DNA of 64,000 bases. Origin: Raja brachyura. Lineage: Eukaryota. This document shows, in pieces, positions 1 through 13,217 of this stretch. How positions within the stretch are numbered: the first letter of the stretch is position 1; each line of letters starts with the position of its first letter. Where the stretch lies: NCBI GenBank assembly GCA_963514005.1, contig OY740804.1, positions 2,294,001-2,358,000 on the forward strand, read 5' to 3'. Position numbers and translations under genes: made by a program. The notes beneath the pieces were generated by a model, which saw nothing but the letters and a program-made list of their open reading frames with translations, was not told where the DNA came from and did not search any database.

Positions 1-690
1 ATAATTACTAGCATTTTTTCAAATTATCTGGTGTTAAACTATGCCGTCTGTCAGACAGAATATGCTTCAGTTGTGAAAAACTTCTTTCTACCCCAGCTGA
101 GGTCACTGGTGCATACCTGAAACAAGCTACATACTCTATATTCATGTAGATGTCTTGTGCATTGCAATTACCTTTGAGAACTTTAGCTACGTTTTGTATT
201 TCTTCAAGATCTTTGTCAGCTAAAATCACTCTCTCACGTTTTCCTTGTATATCTTCACCGACATCGCCAGGACCTTTATGAATAGCGTCAGTTACTTTGT
301 GGAAAACCTGCAAGTTATTCACTAATGTTTTGCCACCTTTCTCAAGGGAAGTGGTAGCTTGTGGGAAGTTTGCAAAATTGGAAGCATTAAATAGATTTTG
401 GAGAAGACTGAACCAGCGGGCAGCGGCACGAATGAACGAACTACCGACGTTGGCGCCCCCAGTTTCGCCCCGGTGGTGGAAATGTTCTTGTAATTTATAC
501 TATGTTAACACTTTAATAATAACATTAATATTAACGTGTTAATATAGAAAACGTTATTGTAATCATGGTACAACTAGACAAAATAGCACAACCTTTTAGC
601 AAAAAAAGGCTGATTTAGGCACTCGATCGTGAAAAAGGCTTCTTGGCCAAATCATCAAAAAAGGCATGAAACGCCACATGGCATTAATGG
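1..690 (-). mobile_element. hAT-type DNA transposon remnant (chitinase intron 4)
   Basis: [29 protein letters not shown] resembles the hAT C-terminal dimerisation motif. A second copy is at ~31710-32330. Confidence 0.65.
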
Positions 691-976
691 CAAAATTACC
701 ATACACACACACTGTTTACGTCGGGCACATGGAACTACAGGTGCTGGTTTACGAAAAGAAAAGACACAAAGTGCTGGAGTAACTCAATGGGTCAGGCAGC
801 ATCTCTGGAGAACATGGATAGGTGACGATTACGGTCGAGATCCTTCTTCAGGCTGAGTTACTGAGGAGTTACTCCAGCACTTTGTGTCTTTCAATATTCA
901 TTCCTTATCACAGTCAATTGGAAAATAACTCTTATTTTTTTTAATCTAATGCTAACGTAAAAAGTTTCCATCTTAC

Positions 977-2989
977 TTCTGGGTGCCAAAGTTCCATCCT
1001 CCAATGGACAGCAGAGTCTTGAGGTTTGAATTCCTTAAAAAAATGGACAAAATGTGGTTTTAGAATGATGTTTAGAACAACAGAACATTTTCAGAACTTC
1101 TCAGGAACTTCTGGATCTTCTGTTTTTTCGCCCCTTTGGTGTTACGTTTCGTTGAGGGGCTTTGCCTTAGTCTGGATCTCAAGGGGGTCACAGAAAATGA
1201 GGTACAAGTTCACGCAACAAGGCTTCATAAGCAAGGGCCAGTCTCACTCTGTGGGCTGAAGGGCCTATTTCCTCAATCTGTGACTCAATGATTCTGTTGG
1301 CCTGTCCAATAGCTTTCTCCTGAATATCCCCCTGGACCAAGTCACCTTTCAGACAGGGGAGGTGGATGAGATGAGAAAACCTTCAATAAATGGATGTGTA
1401 ACAGGGTCATGTCAAAGACCCCGCTGACCATCGATCACCTGTTCACACCAGTTCAACATTATCCCACTTTCTCATCCACTCCCTACGCACTTGGGGCAAT
1501 TTGTAGAGGCCAATTAACCTAGAAACCCTTTGTAATGTGGGAGAAAACCGGTAATCTGGAGAAAACCTACACCGTCACAGGGAGTACGTGCAAACTCCAC
1601 AGAAACAGTGCCCGAGGTCAGGATCGAACCCAGGTCTCTGGCGCCGTGAGGCAGTGACTCTACCTGCTGCCGCCCGGTACGTATAACAGATGGATTCTTG
1701 CCACATACTCTTCAAAACAACTTGTTCACTTAGATCGACCATTTTGAAGAGTTTGAAATCCAATGTTCATTAAACACTGGATGTCCCTTCACTTACAGCA
1801 AGGACCAGGGAATTCATGGTTAAATTTAACCCAATCAGACCCAAATCAGCAGGGTTCCACTCCACCCATTTGTCTCCATCGAGCTGTATCTCTGAGAAGT
1901 TAGGCATCACCTTGGTACTTAAAGTCTAAATTATCCCACTGAACCATCCTCTCACCAACTAGAGAGCGGCCCTGACCTCCCATCTACCTCATTGGAGACC
2001 CTCGGACTATATGTAATCAGACTTCACTGGACTTTATCTTGCATTAAACATTATCCCCTTCATCCAGTGTCTGTACATTGTAATCATGTACAGTCTTTCT
2101 GCCGACTAGTTAGCACGCAACAAAAAGCTTTTTGTTGTACCATGGTACACGTGACAATAATAAACTAAATTAAACTAAATTAACTGTGGAATATGGGTTA
2201 TGGGATATTGGTTTGGGGAATATCCAATACAATGACTGGTTAACACGCAACAAAAACCTTTCACTGTCCTCAGTACAGGTGACAATAAACTAAACTGGAC
2301 AATGTAAACATCGCAACAATGCCCGACATTTGAGAAACAAGGTTAAGCCCCTGTCCCATTTTCCCGAGTTACTCACGAATTCTCCCGAGTTTTCCCCTTG
2401 ATTCAAACTCGGAGATGCCAGCCGTAGGTACTCAGGGCTATTTTTTTTACTCATGGACATTTTTCAACATGCTGAAAAAACGTCCCGACTTACCTGATTC
2501 CCCCGAGTACCTACGGCTGGCATTACGAGCCGCTACGAAGTATCTGCGGACTCCTACCGACTCGCTACGGACATTCTCCAAGTTTGAATCAAGGGGAAAA
2601 CGCGGGAGAATTCGTGAGTAACTCGGGCAAGTGGGACAGGTGCTTTAGTATTTATTCAGCAACTGTACTTGTTCTTCAGGCTGTTGATCTCATGGTAGAG
2701 TTTTGGGTCGTTCCATTCATAGATGGCGATCTGATTGCTCTTCATTCCAGCGAAGGCGTAGATGATGTGTGTGCAGAGGCAAGGGTCCACGTTCTGGGGC
2801 ATGTATTTACCCTCTCCTGGTCTGTACTGCGACCAGTTGGTGAAGTAACACACCAGCCTGTAGGCAGAGCCTGGGCATGGGGGAGACAGGGCGGTCAGGA
2901 CAATATCTCTGTGGCACTCACACAAAGCAAAGCAAGGCTGCAAATGCACAAAGACTCACCCAGTTGCAGGCAGGCCAGTAAGACCACCG
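977..2989 (-). CDS. chia: Second chitinase copy, partial (exons 2-4; gene continues beyond the left edge; exon 1 not found)
   Basis: Exons 2989-2960, 2870-2669 and 1033-977 are nearly identical to those of the complete copy (exon 3 differs by NWSQ vs NWAQ plus two synonymous changes). Splice sites are intact. Region 1-3046 duplicates 31898-34679. Confidence 0.85.
2346..2644. mobile_element. PIF/Harbinger-type MITE
   Basis: ~70-bp terminal inverted repeats (AGCCCCTGTCCCA...TGGGACAGGTGCT) with TTA target duplication on both sides. Confidence 0.8.
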
Positions 2990-3638
2990 CTGGAACAGAA
3001 AACAGAGAGCAGCGTGTTAGGATTACGACAAACCGTAATAAGTCAGTGAATTGGCCTCCACTGCCGCCTGTGGCAGAAAATTCCACAGATTCACATCTCT
3101 CTGGGTGAATTTTGTTTCCTCATCCCAGTCCTAAATGGGATACCTCTTATTCTTATACTGTGACCCCCTGGCTCTAGGCTCCCCGAAAATTTTTCTTGCA
3201 TACAGCCTGTCCAATCCCTTAAGAATTCTATAGTTGAATACATCAAGTGGGACCCATTGGGCCCCGTCCCCTAACACAATAATCCACCACTCACCCATTC
3301 CCCCAACACAACCCGTTTCCACCACCCACCCGTTCCCACAACGCAATAATCCACCACTCACCCATTCCCCCACAGGAGGCCTAGTCCCCCAACGCAACAA
3401 GTTCCCCGATGTAAGATTCCGCCACTCACTTGTTCCCCCAACGCAACCCATTCCCCCAATGCAATATTCCACCACTCACCCATAGCGCCCAACTGTGCAG
3501 GTCATTTTAAACTTTTTTAAAAATGCAATTGCACTACAATTTAACATGATGCAGGTGCCACCGACAAGGCCATCTTTTGTTATCCAAATCTAATCATTAA
3601 TCTTTGCTGTGCTGGGTTAGGCTGGCGTATTCTTCCCC

Positions 3639-6600
3639 TGTGTCACTCATGTTATGAGATACTTTGTATCTACGCTCACTAGTTTAACACAAAGCTTCTC
3701 ATCCCTTTCTCCCTCAGTTTTGTGTTACATATTAAGATGAAGTTACCTATGCTGTAATGCTAATAAAGTATTTGGATTTTAATCACTGTGTGTGACCTAA
3801 GTTATCCCAACAGCAGAAGCTCGACATGGTGTCAGAGTGTACGGACTCACTCCTTGCTTAATTATATTGCTTTTATTTTAGTTTGTTGTTTGTTGTTTTC
3901 TCCGGTATATATTACTATGGCCTCTGCTCTCAGAAAACCAGAGATCCCGTGCAACACCACAAAGATCTTGCAGAACGATGGTGTATATTTGAAGAAGATT
4001 TCTAAATTTACATTGAAGCGGCTCAACTTACTGCTGCTCCAGGTGTTCGAGCATCAATTCTTCTTAATCTAGCAGGCACAGAAGCTGCTCGATGTGCCAG
4101 AAGATTTTATTATGAACTAGCTAGGTTTGACCCAGCTAATGTCCAGATCGCTCCCGCTGAGTCTTTCTGTGACCCTGACTGCCTACTACGCAAATTCCGA
4201 CAGTTATGTGAGTTACGCACTAACCTGGTCATGGAGAGGCATTTGTTCTTTTCTCGAATCCAGAGACAGGGTGAACCAATGGAGATGTATGTCAGTGCCT
4301 TGAAGCACGTTGCCAATCGATGCGATTTCAGGGATATATGTGATAGACTAGTCCGTGACCGTTTGGTCTATGGTGTCCGCTATGATAAATTATGTGATGA
4401 GTTACTGCGGGATGCTGAGCTTACCCTAGAGACTGCTGAAAACCACTGTCGCATCGCTGAATTGGCTAATGCTCATACAAACGTTTTAGGGCACTCTGCT
4501 GGTCGTGAAATTAATGTTGCCGTTCTCCTCAAGTGCCCGACAACTCTATCGTGAGACTAATAGACAATTGTTTTAACTGTAGGGGTTCGCATGCTGCTGC
4601 TCGTGACCGTTGCCCTGCGCATGGAAAATTATGTTGATTCTGTAACAAAAGGAATAATTTCTTCAAATGCTGCCGCTCGCATAGCAACAGAGTTCAAACA
4701 AGGCAATCTGTTAATTCACTTGGCCATGAGAACTTGCTCTTGGAACGCTCTCAACCAACTCCCACAGATAATCAGGCTGCTAGCGAAGGTTTTGACTTGG
4801 ATGTGCATTCCCGTCAGACTCAATACACAAACAACTAGATCCCAAGGTCGCTTTGCTCATTAATGGCAAGAACCTTTATCTGAAAGTTGACACAGGGGCC
4901 AGATGTAATGTGATCTGTCTAGCTGTGTCGAAAAAGTTACGAAAAACAGAGACTGTCACACCTACGGCTGCCTCCCTTCTCCCATTTGCAGGAGGTCCAG
5001 TGTACCCTATAGGTCAAGTTGAGTTACGCTGCTGTCTTAACTCACGTGTCCACAACCTGAGTTTCCATGTTGTTCGTGAGGATGTGCCGACGTCTCTGCT
5101 GGGTGCCAACGTATGTCAAGACATGGGTCTTATCTCTTTCAGCCCTTCTGTTTATCATCTGACTCCAACCTGTGACTTTAGCCAACAAATCTGACACAAA
5201 ATAAAACGTTTTTTGATGACAAGCTAGACAGGTTGCCTGTTAAGTACACAATTACCATTAACCCTGAGATCATCCCAGTTGCCGAACAGCACACAAGATT
5301 CCCCATGCTATGTGGGACCACGTTCAAAATGAACTCAACAGAATGGTGTCTCTAGGTGTGATTGCTCCCGTCGCTGACCCCTCGGATTGGTTGTGGCAAC
5401 GAAGAAGAATAAATATGAAATACAGATTTGTGTGAACCCTAAGGACTTAAAGCCATTAAATGACCTCACTATCCCATGCGCACTGTGGACAAGATTGCAG
5501 CGCAGATGGCTGAAGCAACTGGAGATGCCAAGAGTTCATTCTGGCAGATCTCGCTGAAACACAACTCCTCCAAGTTAACCACCTTCAGCACACTGTTCAG
5601 GCAATACAGATTACTTTGCATGACTTTTGGCATAAGCTCTGCCAGTGAATATTTCAACGAGCTATGGAGCAGTTTGCGGGTTACCCATGCTCCATTGTAG
5701 TGGATGACATCCTTGTTGCTGGACGAACTGTTGAAGAACACAATGCTAATCTGACAAAGGTCTTGGATCGCGCTAAGGCCATTAACCTCAAGCAAAACCC
5801 AGGGTAAGTCAGGTGAAATGCATAGGCCATATGTTCACTAAGGACGGCCTAAAAACGGATCCGGTGAAAACCAGTGCCATCAACGAGCTCCCAGCACCCA
5901 CACACGTGCTTGGTCTACAAAGATTCCTTGGCATCGTGAACTACTTGAGAAAATCTATTCTGGACTTCAGTGAAATATCAGCCCCATTGCGCTGTGGTCC
6001 CTGCTTTGCTGCACAGCAAGTATATTGACGCTGTCCATGTCGGGCACCCAGGCGCTGAAGCCACCATCCTACGGGCAAGAAACATGTTTTACAGGCCTGG
6101 CATGGCCGAATACATCACCGAGAATGTGACCTCCTGTGCAGTGTGTAACAGCTTGGCACCTCATCAACAAAAGCAACCACTTCTTTCACATCCGGCTCCT
6201 GCTCTCCCGTGGTCTACAGTGGCAACTGACATATTTGAATGGCATGGCAAGCAGTACCTGGTACTTGTCAATTTGTATTCTGGATGGTTTGACATTGATT
6301 TTCTTAGCAGCCCCACTTCTCGCGGGGTAGTTTCGAAACTAGCTCGCCATTTTGCAGACCACAGAGCTCCGTGCATACTGCTGTCTGATAATGGCAGTCA
6401 ATTTACCAGCCAACACTTCAAGGAGTTTGCTGCATGTTGGGGTTTTTGCAACATCACCAGCAGCCTTGAATATCCACAGTCGAATGGACCAGCTGAGTGG
6501 GCCGTCAAGAGTACCAAACAGCTCATGGAATGATCGTACAGAGCTAATTCCGACTCCCACTACCCCGTTTTGGGTTCACCAGCTCAACGTTTATTGTTGA

Positions 6601-7457
6601 GGCAGACCCGAGCCACGGTGCCTGTGGCGGATCAGGCATTGATCCCACAGGTGGTTCCACCATCGGAGGTCCAGTCCAGGTTACAAAAAAAGCGTGACAT
6701 TCAAAAACAGTGGTATGACAAGACAAGTAGACCACTGCCACCGTTTTCCAAGGGGCAGGTGGTTCATTTGCAGACTGACAATGGCCGTATCTGTGTAATT
6801 TCTGGAACAGCTTCTGAGCCACGCTCATATCTGGTCAGTGCCGATGGCAGCACCTTCAGGCATATCAGACAAAATATCCTGCCAGTGAATGAGCCGATTC
6901 CACAACCGTACAAGTGTACTTCTGTCTGTTTCTGGCATTGATCCGCCTACACCAGCACAACAACCCACTTCGGGAGCGGCTGCTTTGCCGGTGCCGACAC
7001 CCCCTCCGCCTGTGCTGAAGTCCCCTGTTTCATCACCGGGAATGCTGGTTCAATCTCTGTCACCCGTGAAGCCACCGGCTCTGTCCGTGGTTGGGAAAAA
7101 CGGAAATGGTTTTTATCGCACACAAGCTGTCATGTTTGCAAGCCCACCGTGAAGTACCCGGGCTACGTTTGACTTTCCCCCAGCTTATTATCAATTGCTA
7201 TCCATGCCTTATTTAGTCAATGGTTTTGTACTGACATTTAATTTTTTTAAGAGGGAGGATGTAGATCAGTGTCACTCGTGTTATGAGTCATACTTTGTAG
7301 CTACGCCCACTAGTTTAACAGAAAGCTTCTCAGCCCTTTCTCCCTCAATCTTGAGTTACGTATTAAGATGAAGTTACCTACGCTGTAACGCTAATAAAGT
7401 ATTTGTATCTTAATCACTGTGTGTGATCTAAGATATTCTAACAGCAGAAGCTCGACA
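3639..7457 (+). mobile_element. Decayed Ty3/Gypsy LTR retrotransposon
   Basis: LTRs 3639-3826 and 7260-7457; PBS TGGTGTCAGA; PPT AAGAGGGAGGA. Fragmented gag (RDRLVYG), protease (VDTGA), RT (VDDIL) and integrase (GHPG, C-x2-C, SDNGSQF). RNase H deleted near 5990; many frameshifts. Confidence 0.9.
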
Positions 7458-9526
7458 TTCCCTGGAGGACATTTGCTGTGAAGGACTCAGTGTTCTGGGA
7501 TAGAAACTGTAGCCGGTAGGGCATTGTGATGATCACCAGGGGCGCCGGGGAGATGGCAGCCCTGCCTGCAGTCTGTTCATTTTTTCATCTTTTTGTTATT
7601 TTTTTGTATTTGTTAAAAGTTTGAATAATGTACCTTGGTTTGTTTTATGTGGGGGGAGGGGGGATCGGGGGAAACTTTTTTTCAGGTTGTTACCTTCCTG
7701 GAGATGTGAGCCATAGCTGGAGCTGGAAGCCGCCTCGAACTGTCGTAAGTCCCACCGCGGAGAGCGGACTTAACATCGGAGCGGATCCCTTACCTGGGAT
7801 CGCTCCAACCGCGGCCTGCGGACTTACCATCATGGATTCGCAGTCTCGGGAGAGGCAAGTCGGGAGCTCCAATGCCACAGAAGGTTCGACCAGCCCCGAC
7901 ACGAGATTGGATCGCTCGGCGCGGGGGAGCTGAACGCGTCTACGCGGGTGGCCCAAACGCCACCGGCTACAGGATTCAAGATCATCCCGTCAACGGAGGG
8001 CTCGAGGCCCACGACCGAGGGAGAACAAAAGGGAAGGACTTGAACTTTATTTCGCCTTCCATCACAGTGAGGGATGTGTAGCAGTCACTGTGGTGGATGT
8101 TCATTTTAAAATGTGTTTTTAAGTCTGTTGCTTTTAATTGTATGACTGACCTGGCCAGTGAAATTCCTCGCATGTTGCAAAACATATTTGGCGAATAAAA
8201 TCTGATTCTGATTCTTCTGATTCTGATAACTGCCTAACTGACAGTGTAGATTTGAAGAAATCCAACTTTTAAATGTAACTTTAAAACATTTAAATATCCC
8301 CCTCTGCGTCCCTCTCCTTACAACAATATACAAACACTTTCATAGCTTGTGTATTGACAGCAGAGATCCCATTGTTAAGTCATTTTCAGTTTTTGGAATG
8401 TTCACGGCAGCTTATGTAATTAAGATCCCATTGTGATTGGACAACTGTGGGATGCCATTGTGACATCGCTGGAAGAGTCTCCCTCTCAAAGGCAGTTATT
8501 ATTCTCAAAATAAGAATCTGCAAAATCTGCAAAATCTTCTAATCTTCTAAGAATCTGCAAAATCCCGGAGACAATCATTCCCATCACCCATTCCCCAAAC
8601 GTAACCCATTCGACCAACGCAATATTCCACCACTCACCCATAGCCCCCAACTGCGCAAGTGCGGCTCATTGCCCCTCATCCCCAACACTTCCTGCCCCTC
8701 CCTCTTCTCTCCCCTCACCTCCTCCCCTCCTCCACTCCTCTTTCACCGCTCCCTCCTGCTCCTTTCCCCTACCCTCAGCCCCTCCCTACCCTCAGTCAGT
8801 CCCTCACACCCCCCATAACTCCTCTCCCCTCCCTACCCTCCTGACCCATTGGGCTTTGTCTCCCAAACTCTACTGCTGCGCCACCGTGACCACCTATTTA
8901 TTAAATGTTATCTATGGGTATGGTGTTTCCAAGCCTATTCTGCTGCTGCAGGTAACCATTTAATTGTTCCATTGTCGGTACATACGACAATTAAACAATC
9001 TTGACTGTAGACTCTTGACACCTGAGACCATGTGATTCACCTAACTTCAGCGACAAACATCCTCTCTTGCTCGGTTCTGTTGAAGGATTTTCATTCTGAA
9101 TCGTTGCCTCTGTTGCTCCACCACAAATGCTGCCTGACCCACTGTGTGTCTCCCACATTTCCCTTTATTTTTGTTCCTGTTCTCAACATCTGCAGACTCC
9201 TGATTTTCCACATGTTCTTCCGTCCCTGTATGGTCATGACCAATAATGGACACAGCTCATAGAACACGGTGATGTTGCCCGTAGTGAGCAGGAGTTGCAC
9301 AAAGTTCACACCCAACTCAAAGCTGGCGCACAAAGAATCACTCACACCGGCCTTCTTCAGGGCAGGCAGAAGAGAGTTTATTTCCATTAAAGTCCATTTA
9401 CAGGGTCAGTTCTCCTCACTGCATGCGATCCGAAGGGCATGTTTCCCTGCTTTAACTCTGAACTAAACTAAACTAAACTAAACTAAACTAAACTTTGCAA
9501 GGGCCCTGCTGAATCAGTGGGAGGTT

Positions 9527-10060
9527 TCACTGGATTGTCAGCCGGGCCAATTCTTCACATTCCCTATCACGAAAGGTGGTCCAGACACAGGAATATGTCC
9601 CCTCATCTTTCTCTTTTACACCTGTCAGGAGCAATGAGCCGTCAAATTCAGGAAAGGGATCTCGATGCATGAACTCCCAGCGGACATCATGGCCCTGATA
9701 TAGGTAAGGTATTCTAGTATGATTCATGGCAATTTCAGCACCATCTTTTCTCCATTTAACTACTCTGAGAGATTCGTAATCTTTGGATACTTTACAGGGC
9801 AGCGTAATAGAACCACCCAGAGATGCAACGAGCACCTTCATGTTAATCGATGATAGGTGATGACTGTATGTATCAGAATCTGTCTCGTTCGTGCATCTTG
9901 AAATCTGTTTAACGTTGACTTGCCGAGGAGCCCGTGCGTTCCACCCGGGCAAGTTTGCTTCCTCTCCCCATTCTCTGGCGATCGGACCTGCTCCAGTTCC
10001 GGAGACTTGCCACACCATCTCCACAAGGACCATGAATCCTATCCGTCTCTGCAGTCCCAT
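9527..10060 (-). CDS. Secreted single Ig V-type domain protein, copy 1 (177 aa; single coding exon)
   Basis: Signal-like N-terminus, propeptide ending RAPR. V-set hallmarks GGSITLPC, VKWRK, DGSLLL, DEGTYSC. Stop directly after the G strand. Acceptor cacccacag 4 nt before the ATG. Confidence 0.8.
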   Translation of the reverse strand: MGLQRRIGFMVLVEMVWQVSGTGAGPIAREWGEEANLPGWNARAPRQVNVKQISRCTNETDSDTYSHHLSSINMKVLVASLGGSITLPCKVSKDYESLRVVKWRKDGAEIAMNHTRIPYLYQGHDVRWEFMHRDPFPEFDGSLLLTGVKEKDEGTYSCVWTTFRDRECEELARLTIQ

Positions 10061-10629
10061 GTTCCTGTGGGTGAAACAACCTTATTGCAACTCAGTAGGA
10101 TTCATGATGACATTCTCTGAACCCGCCCAGAGTTGGGGAATCGAGAACCAGAGGACATCTGTTTAAGGTGAGGGGGGGAAAGATTTAATGGGAAACTGAG
10201 GGGTGACTTTTTTACACAAAGGGTGGAGGGTGTTTGGAACGAGCTGCCGGAAGATGTAGTTGAGGCAGGTACTATCACAATGATTAAGAAACAGTTAGAC
10301 AGGTACATTGATAGGGCAGGATTAGAGGGGTAAGGGCCAAACGCAGGCAGGTGGGTCTAGTTTTGATGGGGCAAGTTGGTGGGCGCGGGCAAGTTGGGCC
10401 GAAGGTCTCGCTGTATGACTCTATGACTCCATCACTTGTCCCACCCCGGTCATTCCTCCTTCTCCCTGGTCCTGTCTAGCAGAAGGTACAGAAGCTTGAA
10501 AGCGCGCACCACCAGACTCAGGAACAGCTTCTTCCCCTCTGCTATCAGGCTTCTGAACTGGGGGAACAGTGAACAGAGACAATCCCACCCCCATCACTCA
10601 CAGACACTTGAAGAATCCACAGGGTGGCT

Positions 10630-10880
10630 ACCAGCTCCTTTTATACCTACTGCCGGCTTCTCCTGACCTTCATTGCCTGCGCTCCCGTACATTCAACCAA
10701 TCACTGCCTCCCACGGAGCATTGGCGGGAGTCAGCCGCGACCTCTCCACCCTCTGCCAACTGTGTCCTTGCATCAGCCGTTAACGTTTAACAAGACCAAC
10801 GTCATCACAGCTGCCAGCGGCCAACCAGGCGCCCCACACATCCTGCTTGTGTCTCCACCACGTCTCGCTCTGGCCAACCA
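10630..10880 (-). promoter_or_regulatory. IgV copy 1 promoter with deleted exon 1
   Basis: ERSE at 10697-10715 and TATAAAA at 10639-10645, but only 7 nt to the donor at 10630-10631. Confidence 0.6.
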
Positions 10881-11397
10881 TCGCAGTTGAGGCAGAAACT
10901 ATCCCAAGGTTTAAGAAACAGTTAGACAGGAACAGGTATAGGTTAGATTTGGGGTACACAAAATGCTGGAGAAACTCAGCTGGTGCAGCAGCATCTATGG
11001 AGCGAAGGAGATAGGCAACGTTTCGGGCTGAAACCCTTCTTCAGACTGATCCCACTCCCATGAAGAAGGGTCTCGGCCCGAAACGTTGCCGATCTCCTTC
11101 GCTCCATAGATGCTGCTGCACCCGCTGAGTTTCTCCAGCATTTTGTGTACTCTCGATTTTCCAGCATCTGCAGTTCCTTCTTAAACACATAGGTTATTGA
11201 ATGGGTATGGACCAAACATGGACAGATGGGACGAGTGTAGCTGGGACATGTTGGCCAGTGTGGGCAAGTTGGGCTGAAGGGCCTGTTTCCACGCTGTATC
11301 ACCCTGTGACTATTACACTATGACATTAAATAAATAATGTTTATAAAATGAAACTCCACATAAATCTCATCTTCTCCTCTGGTTGTATACACAACAC

Positions 11398-11487
11398 TCA
11401 TTGACTGCAGCAGATAAAATGAATGTCACACTGGTGGTACCAGGGCACCTCTGGAAAATGTTCTTCTCAAGATGTGATTGAGAAGAC
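11398..11487 (-). pseudogene. Frameshifted CBM14 (chitinase last-exon) remnant, copy 1
   Basis: Reads Q-SHLEKNIFQR-CPGTT/(1-nt shift)/DIHFICCSQ*, aligning in register with [28 protein letters not shown]. It lies ~1 kb downstream of the orphan exon 10. Confidence 0.6.
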
Positions 11488-12450
11488 TATGTAACATGGA
11501 ACAGTACAGCACAGGATCAGGCCCTTCGGCCCACAATGTCCGTGCTGCACATGATGCCAAGTTAATCTAATCTCCTCTGCCTGCATGTGATCCATAATCT
11601 CTGTTCCCCGCATATCCATGAGATGTTTTAGATAAAGCCTCTATTGTAACTATTGTATCTGCCTCCACCACCCACAGCAGCGGGTTCCAGGCACCCACAA
11701 CCCTCTGTGCCTCGCGGCTGAGGCTACATTTAGATCCCAATGTTTAAGAAACAGTGAGTCAGGTACATGGATAGGACAGGTTTGGAGGGATATGTACCAA
11801 ACTGAATGTTCTCGAGAGAGAGAGTTAGATTTAGCTCTTAGTGCTAATGCAATCGAGGGATATGGGGAGAAAGCAGGAACGGGGCACTGATTTAGGATGA
11901 TCAGCCATGATCATTGTTGAATGGCTGTGCTGGCTCGAAGGGCTGAATGGCCTACTCCTGCACCAATTTTCATTGTTTCTATGTTTCTACACACTCCCAA
12001 TGAGGGTCGAAACTGGACTCTAATCAGCAGCCCCAACAGTGCAAGAGGCCAATGTAAGGGAGGCTCAGTGAGGCAGCAGTTGAGCTGTTGCCTTACAGCA
12101 CTAGAGACCCGGGTTCAATCCTGACTGTGGGTACTGTCTGTACGGTGGTTGTACGTTTTCCCTATGACCGTGTGGGTTTCCTCCGGGTGCTACAGTTTCC
12201 TGACAGATTTCAAAGATGTGCAGGTTTGTAGGTTAATTGGCTTCAGTAAATTGTCCCTTGCGTGTAGGTTAGAACTTGTGTACAGGCGATCACTCTAAAC
12301 AAATCTAAACTAAACTCGTCAACTCGACTCAACTCAGCTAAAGGCAACTCCATGACACTTAATTTTGCTGCTCAGACCTGTTAAAATATTCTGGATTGGA
12401 ACAAGTAGGGGCAGTTCAGTTTGACCTGGGATGCAAATAATAATGGTTCC

Positions 12451-12589
12451 GACTGTTAATGTTGAGGAGGGATTTCAATGCGCTGATCAAAGGATAAACA
12501 CCCTCTTTCCATCTTGTTCCACTAAAGTCATCAACATCTAGAGACCACAACATGGCTCCTCTACAGTTGTTGGTCATCAGCCACTGAGC
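12451..12589 (-). pseudogene. Orphan degenerate chitinase exon 10 (diverged paralogue)
   Basis: After acceptor ttccccag: AQWLMTNNCRGAMLWSLDVDDFSGTRWKEGVYPLISALKSLLNI, homologous to [44 protein letters not shown]. The conserved Cys is replaced by Trp, and there is no canonical donor at the equivalent position. Confidence 0.8.
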
Positions 12590-12821
12590 CTGGGGAAAAG
12601 GAAGGAAAACCATGACTGGAAAGTGTCTTTTGTTGATGAGCCTTTTAGGCAATAAAGCACACGGATATAATATGTAAAAAGCAAAATAATTCAATAAATG
12701 AGAGAGCACAATACTAGTGTGTAAAGCCAACATCCTTAGTGCAACCAAAGACAGTCCATAGACATTCATCGTTGACCTCATTGTCGTGTCGTGTTCTAGT
12801 TGTTGGGAAGGAATTATGGAT

Positions 12822-13217
12822 CCAATCACTGCCTCCCACGGGGCATTGGCTGGAGCCAGCCGCGACCAATCCCAACGCACCGCCGGCTCAGATTGAGTAT
12901 AAACTGTGAAACCAGCGCAGGTGCCAGGGCTGTGGTGGTGACGTGGCGTGGCTGGGACATCCAGTCCGAATGTTGGCCGGAGCGAGACGTGGTGGAGACA
13001 CAAGCAGGATGTGTGGGGCGCCTGGTTGGCCGCTGGCAGCTGGGATGGCGTTGTTCTTGTTAAACGTTAACGGCTGATGCAAGGACACGTTTGGCAGAGG
13101 GTGGAGAGGTCAATGAGGGTCTGGAGACACCGGGAGAAGGTATAAAAGGGGCGAGCAATGGCAGGAGATGGAAGTAAGACCGGCCTCGTCAGCCTGTGTG
13201 GAGACTCCGGAGCTGGT
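12822..13217 (+). promoter_or_regulatory. IgV copy 2 promoter and non-coding exon 1
   Basis: ERSE CCAAT-N9-CCACG at 12822-12840, UPRE-like TGACGTGG at 12939-12946, TATAAAA at 13141-13147, donor at 13216. Confidence 0.65.

Noticed and set aside
12590-13003. 195-aa ORF 12416-13003 as a gene
   Set aside because: Only its last part is the chitinase pseudo-exon; the rest is intron and antisense IgV promoter sequence.
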